From: an uncultured Solibacteraceae bacterium
GTDB lineage: Bacteria; Acidobacteriota; Terriglobia; 20CM-2-55-15
Assembly: GCA_964633285.1 (NCBI GenBank)
Contig: CAZWGA010000028.1
Coordinates: 960-64,959, forward strand
Direction of reading: 5' to 3'
DNA length: 64,000 nucleotides
Numbering within the stretch: the first letter of the stretch is position 1; every line of letters begins with the position of its first letter. Below, piece after piece: positions 43,596-52,178 of this stretch. The position numbers and the translations under genes were made by a program. A model generated the notes under the pieces. It was given only the letters and a program-made list of their open reading frames with translations. It was not told the origin of the DNA and made no database searches.

Positions 43596-44411
43596 ATGTT
43601 CGATAACAAAAGAATTGCGGTTTTGGGGGCAGGCAAGCTCGGCGAAGCATTGATTACGGGAATGGTCGACGCCGGTATTGTTTCAAAGAAGCAGTTTATT
43701 GCGACGGCGGCGCACAAGGAACGTGTCGAGCAGCTTCACGGCAAACTGGATATCGAAACGACTCTTTCCAACAATGAAGCCGTTCGCAAGGCGCAACTGG
43801 TTTTGTTGTGCGTTAAGCCGCAGACCGTCGAAGAAGTTCTGAAACAGATTGCTCCCGATCTCACGCCGGAGCACCTCGTTGTTTCCGTCGCCGCGAGCGT
43901 GACGACGCGTTTCATGGAAGCAGCCATCAACAAGCCGGTGCCTGTCATCCGGACAATGCCGAACACTCCTTGTTTCATTAAAAAAGGAATGACCGCGATC
44001 GCGCCCGGAAAGCACGCTTCCGCGGATCACGTGGCTCTGGCGCGCAGGATTTTCGATGCCATCGGCCGGACATTAATTCTCGATGAAAAACATATGGACG
44101 CCGTTACCGGTTTGAGCGCAAGCGGGCCGGCATTTGTGTACATCATTATCGAATCGTTCGTGGAAGCCGGCGTTAAAGTAGGCCTGCCGCGCGAGGCAGC
44201 TACGCAGCTCGCGGCGCAAATGGTGCTGGGGGCTTCGAGCATGGTGCTTGAGACCGGAGAACACCCCGCTAAACTCAAGGATATTGTGACGACACCCGCA
44301 GGATGCACTATCGACGGCATCCTTGAACTCGAAGACGGAGGCCTCCGCGTCACTCTGATTAAAGCAGTGGTTCGCGCAACACATCGCGCGAAAGAACTCG
44401 TGAACGGATAA
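43596..44411 (+). CDS. proC: pyrroline-5-carboxylate reductase
   Basis: GAGKLG, VKPQ, RTMPNTP, TGLSASGPAF, GLPR and VTTPAGCTI motifs. Confidence 0.96.
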   Translation: MFDNKRIAVLGAGKLGEALITGMVDAGIVSKKQFIATAAHKERVEQLHGKLDIETTLSNNEAVRKAQLVLLCVKPQTVEEVLKQIAPDLTPEHLVVSVAASVTTRFMEAAINKPVPVIRTMPNTPCFIKKGMTAIAPGKHASADHVALARRIFDAIGRTLILDEKHMDAVTGLSASGPAFVYIIIESFVEAGVKVGLPREAATQLAAQMVLGASSMVLETGEHPAKLKDIVTTPAGCTIDGILELEDGGLRVTLIKAVVRATHRAKELVNG

Positions 44412-44424
44412 AGCAAATTCATAT

Positions 44425-45894
44425 ATGCATGTCCTCATGGTTGCGGGCGAATGTGTGCCGTTCGCCAAAGTGGGCGGTCTGGCGGATGTTCTGGGCGCGC
44501 TCCCACCGGCTCTCGAAAAACTTGGCGTATCGGTGACGATTGTCATACCGCGGCATCGTGTCATCGATCTTGAGAAATTCGGTTTCGTCCCTTACGCGGT
44601 ACCCGACAGCATTCGCGTCCCGCTCGGATGGGAAAGCCTCGCATTCGATGTGCATCGCGGCAAGCTGCCCGGTACTTCTGTCGACGTCTTTCTGATCGGC
44701 AACGACAGGTTCTTCGATCGCGACGGCATCTATAGCGATCCCGAGACCGGCCGGGATTATCCCGATCAGGTGGACCGCTGGATTTTTTTTCAGCGCGCGG
44801 TCATGGAGTTCTTCAAGACCATTACACCTCACGCCGACATTCTGCATTGCCACGATCATCAAACGGCGCTGATGCCCGCATATCTGCAGCGCATCTACCG
44901 CGCCGATCCGGCTTTTTCCCGCACGCGCTCCGTCTTCACGATCCATAACATGGGCTATCAGGGACTCTTTCCTTCGGCGGTGATGCCGCGCGCCGGATTC
45001 AGCGACGCGGAGTTTTATCCCACCAGTCCGTTCGAATTCTACGGAGCCATGAACTTCATGAAGATCGGGATCACCTATGCGGATCTCATCACCACCGTGA
45101 GCCCGGCCTACGCCCGCGAAATTCAGGAGAGCAGGGAATTCGGCTACGGCCTCGAGGGCGTTCTAAAAGATCGATCGAGCGCGCTGACGGGAATTCTCAA
45201 CGGCATCGATGATCAGGTATGGAACCCGGAGACCGATCCGTTCATTGCTGCAACCTACGGCAGCACGGATTTGTCCGGCAAGCTTCTCAACAAAAAAGCG
45301 CTGATGAAGAAATATGCCCTGGACGACTCGCATCCCGAGTGGCCTGTGCTCGCGATGATTTCGCGCATCGATGTTCAGAAGGGCTTCGATCTCGTCATCA
45401 GCATCCTCGATTACCTCCTGGCGAAGGATCTCTATTTTGCATTGCTCGGCAGGGGCAACAAGGAGACCGAGAAATATCTGCAAACCATCATCGATCGTCA
45501 TCCTGGGAAGGGCGGCATGCGCTTTGAGTTCGATAATGGAGCGGCGCACCTGACTGAAGCCGGCGCCGACATTTTCCTGATGCCCTCGAAATACGAGCCC
45601 TGCGGCTTGAATCAAATGTACAGCCAGCGTTATGGAACAGTTCCGGTCGCGCGAAAAACGGGCGGTCTGGCGGATACGATCCAGGAATTTGATCCGGCGA
45701 GCGGAGAGGGAACAGGTTTCCTTTTTTCGGAGTACGATCCGGAGCATTTCAAGGCGGCTGTCGAGCGCGCATTGGCTCTCTGGCCGGATCGCTCCGCCTG
45801 GCAACGGCTGACGATCAACGGCATGAACCAGGACTGGAGTTGGCAGTCGTCCGCAAAAAAGTATGTCGAGGCCTACGAACGAGTGATGCGCTGA
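44425..45894 (+). CDS. glgA: glycogen synthase (ADP-glucose type)
   Basis: KVGGLADV, HCHDHQT, TIHNMGYQG, TTVSPAYA, GILNGID, ISRIDVQKG, PSKYEPCGLNQ and GGLADT motifs. Confidence 0.96.
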   Translation: MHVLMVAGECVPFAKVGGLADVLGALPPALEKLGVSVTIVIPRHRVIDLEKFGFVPYAVPDSIRVPLGWESLAFDVHRGKLPGTSVDVFLIGNDRFFDRDGIYSDPETGRDYPDQVDRWIFFQRAVMEFFKTITPHADILHCHDHQTALMPAYLQRIYRADPAFSRTRSVFTIHNMGYQGLFPSAVMPRAGFSDAEFYPTSPFEFYGAMNFMKIGITYADLITTVSPAYAREIQESREFGYGLEGVLKDRSSALTGILNGIDDQVWNPETDPFIAATYGSTDLSGKLLNKKALMKKYALDDSHPEWPVLAMISRIDVQKGFDLVISILDYLLAKDLYFALLGRGNKETEKYLQTIIDRHPGKGGMRFEFDNGAAHLTEAGADIFLMPSKYEPCGLNQMYSQRYGTVPVARKTGGLADTIQEFDPASGEGTGFLFSEYDPEHFKAAVERALALWPDRSAWQRLTINGMNQDWSWQSSAKKYVEAYERVMR

Positions 45895-45959
45895 CACTGT
45901 CCCCACTTTTTTGAATTCACTTTTCTGATTTCGGAATTTTTCAGCTCTCTGCGAATCCC

Positions 45960-46005
45960 TAACTCATTGAATCCCTGATGAGAGGTTCGTGGCCTTGATA
46001 TTGCA
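45960..46005 (+). promoter_or_regulatory. sigma54 promoter TGGCCT-N5-TTGCA (45990-46005) with IHF-like site TAACTCATTGAAT (45960-45972)
   Basis: GG (45991-92) and GC (46003-04) are separated by exactly 10 nt. The IHF consensus YAANNNNTTGATW is matched with one mismatch, about 50 nt upstream of the predicted start site. Confidence 0.7.
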
Positions 46006-46015
46006 TATAGAGGAA

Positions 46016-46162
46016 GCGTGTTCCTAAGGTTTCCGGAACCTGGTATTCGATGAAGTCTCGTTCTCACAGGGGGTGAGGGGAGAGAAAGAATCGCCAGGTT
46101 CCGGAAAACAAATTTCCGGCCGCGAATTATGGCAATGCATCAGCGTAGTTCGCGGCTTTTTT
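46016..46162 (+). ncRNA. candidate sigma54-dependent small RNA (~145 nt)
   Basis: Bounded by the sigma54 promoter and a terminator. It has a perfect 14-bp helix (46030-46043 / 46094-46107) enclosing nested stems, and no credible ORF. Confidence 0.55.
46119..46162 (+). terminator. Rho-independent terminator
   Basis: GCCGCGAATTATG / CGTAGTTCGCGGC stem followed by TTTTTTATTT. Confidence 0.8.
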
Positions 46163-46173
46163 ATTTACTTGAT

Positions 46174-46524
46174 CTACTTGATAGCTACGGAAATCTGACG
46201 GACGCGGCTTGTAATGATCAACCGCTTGTCGAAGTGGATTTCGAGATTGAACCCCGCGTAGATGCCGCGAAGTTTCAGGAAGCTGCCGCCAAGAGAACTA
46301 CCGGCGAGACGGGCTTCCGTGAATTCCGGAAAGAATCGGCCTCCCCGAATCAGAATGTCGCCGGATCTGCCGCAGATAACGGTGATTTCGTACACGCTGT
46401 TTTCGGTGCGGACAGTCAGGGACTCCATATCCGGCAGCGTTTCGAGCTGCACGCCTTCTTTCCAGTTGTGTGACGACCACGTATCGAGGAGGGCGCCTGC
46501 GGAACAACTCACCGTTGTGTCCAT
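46174..46524 (-). CDS. conserved hypothetical protein (116 aa)
   Basis: Protein-like sequence 'VRTENSVYEI...IRGGRFFP...RLAGSSLGGSFLK'. ATG lies 7 nt after TGGTACAAG (extended -10). Confidence 0.75.
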   Translation of the reverse strand: MDTTVSCSAGALLDTWSSHNWKEGVQLETLPDMESLTVRTENSVYEITVICGRSGDILIRGGRFFPEFTEARLAGSSLGGSFLKLRGIYAGFNLEIHFDKRLIITSRVRQISVAIK

Positions 46525-46589
46525 AACAAACCTTGTACCATGGAAGCGAACCGTTTCAAAACTCGAATTCCTCCCCCCCGCGGGCCTCG

Positions 46590-48233
46590 TTAAACTCTCT
46601 CTACAATCATGATCGTAATATCGTCCGGCAATGCGCGGCCCATAGTGAAAGTCTGAATTGTGTCCAGAAGTTTTTGCTTGAGATTCTGCGATCCTGCCGG
46701 CGCTTCAGCCCGCATGACTTTCTTGACGCGCTCCTCGCCGAGCATTTCGCCCTGCGGATTCTCCGCTTCCGTCAAGCCGTCGGAATAAGCAAGAACCACA
46801 TCCCCTTTGTTCAATTGCAGCGTCGCCGATTCATATGCGGCAAATGTAAAGGCTCCGACGATCATGTTGTTGGACTGGATTTCGTCGATATCTCCAGTCG
46901 CTGCCCGAAACACGTAAGTCGGATTATGGCCGGCGCTGATGTAGTTGCCCAGGCCTTCTGAATTCAACGTAAACAGAAACATTGTGACAAAACGGCTGGC
47001 CGACGACTTCTCGCAGAGAAATTTGTTGAGCCGGTTGATCGCGTCGTGAACCGACAGACCGGCGCGCAATTGCATTTGAAGACAGCCGAGCAGCATCGAA
47101 CTGAGCAGCGAAGCCGAAATTCCTTTGCCCGACACATCCGCGAGCACGCCATAGAGATCTCCCGAGTCCAGTTCGGCAAAATCGTAGAAGTCGCCGCCAA
47201 CGTATCGTGTAGGTTTCGAGAATGCCTCGATGCTGAGGTTCTTCACTTGCGGCAATGTCTGCGGCAGCAAGCTGCGTTGAGTTTCTTCAGCGAGAGTCAG
47301 TTCCTGCTCGAGCTTCTTGCGTTGTTCGATGCTCTTGATCATCTCGACGCGCTCGAGAACGTTTCCGGCTTCGACCGCAAGTTTGCTCAGGATCTTCTGA
47401 TCCAAACCCGATAACGAATGCATTTGCTGTTTGCTGTCGAGATACAAAATTCCCAGGATCGACGGCGAATCCGACTGGAATGGGATTCCCATCAACGGAA
47501 GACAGGCAATCGCGCGCAGATTCATGGCCACGATGCTGGCCTGTTCCTTGTATTTGTTGTCGAGGCCTTCGACCATGAATACAGCAGAGCCCTTCTTGAC
47601 AACATCGTTCACAACGGACTGGCTCGTCTTGAAGCTCGACTGCGTTAACGTGCGTCCACGGCCGTCCAAGCCCGCGGCGTATCCGTAACCTTCGCCTTCG
47701 CGCACCAGAATGAAACCGCGTTCGGCGCCGCTGATCTTCAGAGCGGATTCAAGCGTCCTCTGAAACGCCGCATCGGGCGTGAACATTCGCTCCCATTGAT
47801 ATTGGAAATCGAGGATGCATGAGATTTTTTCAAGGTCCGAATATCCGGACGGCAGCACTACGCCCAGATCGATGAGCGATTTTTCGAAGATAGCGGTCGT
47901 GTTGGAACTTGCGCTCTTTGACGGTTTGGCATCGCCGATGAGGTAATGGAGATCGATGCGATCCTTGCCGAGCGAAATCCTGTCTCCGTGTTTGAGCGTG
48001 TATTGCTCGACGCGATTCTCGTTAACGAAAGTGCCGTGCGTGCTTCCGAGATCCTGAACCGAATAGCCATCCGGCATCTTCACCAGTTTTGCATGATGAC
48101 GCGAAATGTGCTGATTGTTGAGCACAACGTCCGCGTCGCCTTTGCGTCCGATCAGGACTTCCGTCGCGACGAGCGGCAACACATTCTCCTGTCCATCAGG
48201 GCCGAGCCAATACAGTTGGGGAGTTGACGACAT
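46590..48233 (-). CDS. FHA-GAF-PP2C (SpoIIE/RsbU-type) phosphatase
   Basis: FHA motifs IGR...ISRHHA...DLGSTHGTFVN. Central GAF domain. PP2C motifs GGDFYDF, ADVSGKG, SAGH, YSDGLTE and DDITI. Confidence 0.93.
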   Translation of the reverse strand: MSSTPQLYWLGPDGQENVLPLVATEVLIGRKGDADVVLNNQHISRHHAKLVKMPDGYSVQDLGSTHGTFVNENRVEQYTLKHGDRISLGKDRIDLHYLIGDAKPSKSASSNTTAIFEKSLIDLGVVLPSGYSDLEKISCILDFQYQWERMFTPDAAFQRTLESALKISGAERGFILVREGEGYGYAAGLDGRGRTLTQSSFKTSQSVVNDVVKKGSAVFMVEGLDNKYKEQASIVAMNLRAIACLPLMGIPFQSDSPSILGILYLDSKQQMHSLSGLDQKILSKLAVEAGNVLERVEMIKSIEQRKKLEQELTLAEETQRSLLPQTLPQVKNLSIEAFSKPTRYVGGDFYDFAELDSGDLYGVLADVSGKGISASLLSSMLLGCLQMQLRAGLSVHDAINRLNKFLCEKSSASRFVTMFLFTLNSEGLGNYISAGHNPTYVFRAATGDIDEIQSNNMIVGAFTFAAYESATLQLNKGDVVLAYSDGLTEAENPQGEMLGEERVKKVMRAEAPAGSQNLKQKLLDTIQTFTMGRALPDDITIMIVERV

Positions 48234-48302
48234 GGGTTTCCGTGGCCTTGCTCGTGGAGATACTAGTACAATTCCCGGGACTTTGTTTAAGTCATTTTCA
48301 CT

Positions 48303-50888
48303 ATGAAATCAATGAGAACCAAGTGGCTCGTCCTGCTTTTAATCCTCTTCGCCGTGGTTCGTCCTTCACGGGTTCCCGGATCGGAAATCCCCGAGGACCG
48401 TGGTGCCATGGGCCTGTCGCAGGTCCTCAAGCGTCTCGATGTGATTGCCAGTGTGCTGCACACCGGAGCCCATCCCGATGACGAAAACAGCGCCCTTCTT
48501 GCCTGGCTGGCAAGAGGAGAAGGTGTCCGCACCGCGTACCTCTCCGCGACTCGCGGCGAAGGCGGAGTGAATCTTGTCGGAAGCGAGCTCTTCGAATTGC
48601 TGGGAGTGATTCGCACGGAAGAACTCTTCGGCGCCCGGCGTCTCGATCATGCGCAGCAATTCTTCACTCCGAATTACGAGTTTGGTTTTTCCAAAAGCGC
48701 GGACGACACATTCACCAAATGGCAGCACGAGCAAATCCTCGGAGACTTTGTCCGCGTTATCCGCTACTTCAAACCTGAAATCATCATTTCCCGATTTACC
48801 GGAACTCCGCGTGACGGACACGGACATCATCAGGTTGCCGGAATCATTACGCAGGAAGCTTTCAAAGTTGCCGCCGATGCCGGCCGGTTTCCCGAATACG
48901 GCAAGCCATGGCAGGCAAAGAAGCTTTATCTGAACGGCAACGATCAACCCGGACAGCCGGGGCAAGCCCCGCCGCCGGCTCCGTCGGGAGTGGAGATCAA
49001 TGTTGGTGATTTCGATCCGTCGCTGGGACGCTCTTACGGGCAGATTGCCTCTGAAGGCCGAAGCCTGCACCGGTCTCAGGGCCAGGGCGGCGCGCAGGAC
49101 AGCGGTCCTCGTCAAACGCGCGTTCAGTTGGTTCAGAAATCCATCAATATCGCCGATAATGCGCCGCTGTTTTCCGGCGTTCTGTACAAATTGCCGGATC
49201 TGGCGCAGCTCGACGCCGGCATCGCCGGCGATTTGATGAGCCTCGAACAGAACATCAACAGCGTTCGTCAAAAAGTGAATTTGATTCGTCCCGCGGATAT
49301 CGTGCCGGATCTTGCTTCCGCGCTCAAAGACCTTCAGCGCATCAAGGGCAGGACGGCGAATGAACATGCGCGGTTCCTGCTCGAGAAAAAAGAAACGGAT
49401 TTTCAGGAAGCGCTGCGACTGGCAGCCGGCCTGACATTCGACGTGCTCGCTTCCGACGACACTGTCATTCGCGGCCAGGAATTCGATTTGACGATCAGTG
49501 TCACGAATGGCGGGCCTTACAAGTTTCCAAGTTTTGTTCCGACAGCATATCTTCCAGCGGGCTGGGAAATCATTCCCGATGGCGCCGCGGGTTCGCTCGA
49601 TCCCGGCCAGCGGATGGATCAGAGATTCAAAGTCAGAGTGGCCCGCAATGCCGACTTCACCCAGCCGTACTGGCTGCGCCAGCATCGGCAGGGCGATCGC
49701 TTCGTCTGGCCCGCGGTGAAGCCTGGCGAATTGCCGATGGACGAGCCGGTTTTTTCAGCTCGCGCCGATGTGGACTACCAGGGAATGCCGCTCCGGCTGA
49801 CGAAGCCGGTCGAATTTCGCCGTGTGGATCAAATGAACGGCGAACAGCGAACCGGCGTTAAGGTTGTGCCGTCGCTGTCTCTCGTCGTTTCTCCCGATAT
49901 TGCGATCGTTCCATTAAAGGGAAATCGGCGGAAGGAACTGACAGTGACTGTCGAGAACCAGAGCCCGTCGGCGACCACGGCCGGCGTGAGCCTTGTGGTT
50001 CCGGCGGGCTGGACCTTCACGCCTGCATCCTCTTCCGTGAATCTCACACGGCAGGGTGAGAAAGCATCGCTTCAGTTCATAGTGACCGTGCCTGCGGTTG
50101 CGGGTGACTTTGCGGTTCAGGCCGTTGCCCGGCCGGGCAATCAGGAATTCAGAAATGGATATCGAACCGTTGCCTATCCGCACATCGAGACGCGGCACGT
50201 GTATTCGACCGCGGAGTCGAAGGTGGAAGTTGTCGACGTGGCAACAACTGTTTCTTCGGTGGGCTACGTTGAAGGAACCGGCGATACGATTCCCGACGCT
50301 TTAAGGCAATTGGGAATCAACGTCACAATGCTGTCTCCCAAAGACGTTGCCAATGCCGATCTTTCGAAATTTCCCGCGATCGTTTTGGGTGTTCGCGCTT
50401 ATGCCGTGCGTGACGATCTTCGCGCGTACAACAAAAGACTCATGGATTATGTTTCCAACGGCGGGACGCTTGTTGTGCAATACAACCGCGCGAACGAAAC
50501 CGGGAATGTTCAAATTGGTCCATATCCGATGACCATGCTGAACGTGAATCAGAACAACACCGACCGTGTCACGCACGAAGATGCGCCGGTTAAAATTCTC
50601 GATCCGTCAAATCCGATTGTGAATGTTCCCAACAAGATTACCGATGCGGATTTTTCCAATTGGGTGGATGAGAGAGGCACGTTTTTCCTGCGGTCCTGGG
50701 ATCCAAAGTATGTGCCGATTCTGGAGAGTCACGATCCCGGCGAACAGCCGAAAGAAGGAGGGCTCGTTGTCGGGAAGTACGGCAAGGGTACGTATGTTTA
50801 CACAGGCTATTCCTTTTTCCGGCAACTGCCGGCAGGCGTGACCGGTGCCTATCGGCTGTTCGCAAACCTTGTCAGCATTGAGAACTAA
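48303..50888 (+). CDS. secreted PIG-L/LmbE-family deacetylase with NEW3-like and C-terminal glutamine-amidotransferase-like domains
   Basis: Signal peptide. AHPDDE, TRGEGG, RTEEL and HGHHQ motifs. C-terminal 'LMDYVSNGGTLVVQYN...FFRQLPAGVTGAYRLFANL'. Confidence 0.88.
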   Translation: MKSMRTKWLVLLLILFAVVRPSRVPGSEIPEDRGAMGLSQVLKRLDVIASVLHTGAHPDDENSALLAWLARGEGVRTAYLSATRGEGGVNLVGSELFELLGVIRTEELFGARRLDHAQQFFTPNYEFGFSKSADDTFTKWQHEQILGDFVRVIRYFKPEIIISRFTGTPRDGHGHHQVAGIITQEAFKVAADAGRFPEYGKPWQAKKLYLNGNDQPGQPGQAPPPAPSGVEINVGDFDPSLGRSYGQIASEGRSLHRSQGQGGAQDSGPRQTRVQLVQKSINIADNAPLFSGVLYKLPDLAQLDAGIAGDLMSLEQNINSVRQKVNLIRPADIVPDLASALKDLQRIKGRTANEHARFLLEKKETDFQEALRLAAGLTFDVLASDDTVIRGQEFDLTISVTNGGPYKFPSFVPTAYLPAGWEIIPDGAAGSLDPGQRMDQRFKVRVARNADFTQPYWLRQHRQGDRFVWPAVKPGELPMDEPVFSARADVDYQGMPLRLTKPVEFRRVDQMNGEQRTGVKVVPSLSLVVSPDIAIVPLKGNRRKELTVTVENQSPSATTAGVSLVVPAGWTFTPASSSVNLTRQGEKASLQFIVTVPAVAGDFAVQAVARPGNQEFRNGYRTVAYPHIETRHVYSTAESKVEVVDVATTVSSVGYVEGTGDTIPDALRQLGINVTMLSPKDVANADLSKFPAIVLGVRAYAVRDDLRAYNKRLMDYVSNGGTLVVQYNRANETGNVQIGPYPMTMLNVNQNNTDRVTHEDAPVKILDPSNPIVNVPNKITDADFSNWVDERGTFFLRSWDPKYVPILESHDPGEQPKEGGLVVGKYGKGTYVYTGYSFFRQLPAGVTGAYRLFANLVSIEN

Positions 50889-50975
50889 AGGGCAAAATGG
50901 CGCGGCGGTGAAACATATCGCGTACGGCAGAAATTGCGCACTGTTCCCGTTTTGTCCAGGTGGTAAAATCGCCCC

Positions 50976-51728
50976 ATGTTTTATCGTGGTTTTCTGACAG
51001 GCGTGATTGCCCTTTGTGTCTGTCTTCCGTTGCCGGCACAGATCTCCCGCGATTCCAAATTCGAAATACTTCGGACCGTCATCGCGGATCAGGCGGCTGC
51101 GCGCGTGGGATTACCGTTCGGAGAAGAAGGCATCGAGTTGTCCGAATCCGGCGAAATCAATAAGGAAAAGCTCGACCGGGATCTCCGGAAGAACGGCCAG
51201 TCTGTTGAAAGCGGCAAGATCGTAACCGTCACGGACATCGGGTTCGACGATAACAAAATTAATATCGAACTCGACGGCGGCGGCAAGAACAAGAAGAACA
51301 TTTTCGACCGGATTCAAGTCGGTATCGGGACCGGGAGTACGACCGTTCCTGTCAGCCGCGATGACAAAACCGCCAAGGCAAAAGGATCAAGGATCGTTCT
51401 TCGGTTCGCGAAAAAAGTCCCTCAGGATCTCACTCCGGAACAATTGAAGCAGTTCCTAAATCCGATTCTCGATTTCAACAAACACAATTTTCTGAAAACG
51501 GGAATCGAGGCGCTTCCACCGGAATTCCAGGAAGCGGTTAAAGCTAAAGAAGCTCGAATCGGCATGGATCGCAGCACCGTCATCATGGCTCTTGGCCGCC
51601 CGGACGAAAAAATTCGCGAGAAGAAAGACGGTGTTCCCACCGAAGACTGGATTTACAGGCAGCGCGGGTACCGCGTCCTGTTTGTGACTTTTGAAGACAA
51701 CGTGGTTGTCAAGGTCGTCCAGTATTAA
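50976..51728 (+). CDS. secreted hypothetical protein with C-terminal SmpA/OmlA-like repeat
   Basis: Signal peptide and 'IGMDRSTVIMALGRPD...EDWIY...VTFEDNVVVKV'. ATG lies 6 nt after TGGTAAAAT. Confidence 0.7.
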   Translation: MFYRGFLTGVIALCVCLPLPAQISRDSKFEILRTVIADQAAARVGLPFGEEGIELSESGEINKEKLDRDLRKNGQSVESGKIVTVTDIGFDDNKINIELDGGGKNKKNIFDRIQVGIGTGSTTVPVSRDDKTAKAKGSRIVLRFAKKVPQDLTPEQLKQFLNPILDFNKHNFLKTGIEALPPEFQEAVKAKEARIGMDRSTVIMALGRPDEKIREKKDGVPTEDWIYRQRGYRVLFVTFEDNVVVKVVQY

Positions 51729-52178
51729 GTGAAACGACTCGTCCTCGAATACTGGCTTCCCCTTGCCGTCTGGCTTGCCTTGATTTTCTACTTTTCCACC
51801 GATCGTTTTTCATCCAACGAGACGTCCGGAATCATTGCCTCGGTTTTAACGTTTTTCTTTCCCAGCCTGTCACCGGGAGAGATCGACTTCTTACACGGAG
51901 TCATTCGAAAATTCGCCCACATCAGCGAGTACTTTATTCTTACGTTGTTCACGCACCGCAGCCTGAGCTTCGAAGCGCCCGACCTGGCGCGAGCCAAAGT
52001 CCGCACCATGATGTTCGTGGTCCTCGCGGCGCTCTTTGATGAATTGCACCAGGGATTCACGGTTTCCCGCGGCGCATCCGTGGTCGATGTGGGTTACGAT
52101 GGTGTGGGCGCTGTATGGGCCCTCTGGCTGATCGTGATTTATGAAAACCGGCGTGTACGTTCACATTCCGTTTTGTGA
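51729..52178 (+). CDS. VanZ-family membrane protein
   Basis: IRKFAHISEY, ALFDELHQGF and RGASVVDVGYD motifs. Confidence 0.9.
   Translation: MKRLVLEYWLPLAVWLALIFYFSTDRFSSNETSGIIASVLTFFFPSLSPGEIDFLHGVIRKFAHISEYFILTLFTHRSLSFEAPDLARAKVRTMMFVVLAALFDELHQGFTVSRGASVVDVGYDGVGAVWALWLIVIYENRRVRSHSVL

Noticed and set aside
46011-46076. Short peptides (VFLRFPEPGIR, MKSRSHRG) as the product of the sigma54 transcript
   Set aside because: The first has its SD-like sequence upstream of the predicted TSS. The second lacks an SD and is buried in the helix.
48366-49685. 439-aa minus strand ORF
   Set aside because: Antisense shadow of the PIG-L deacetylase.
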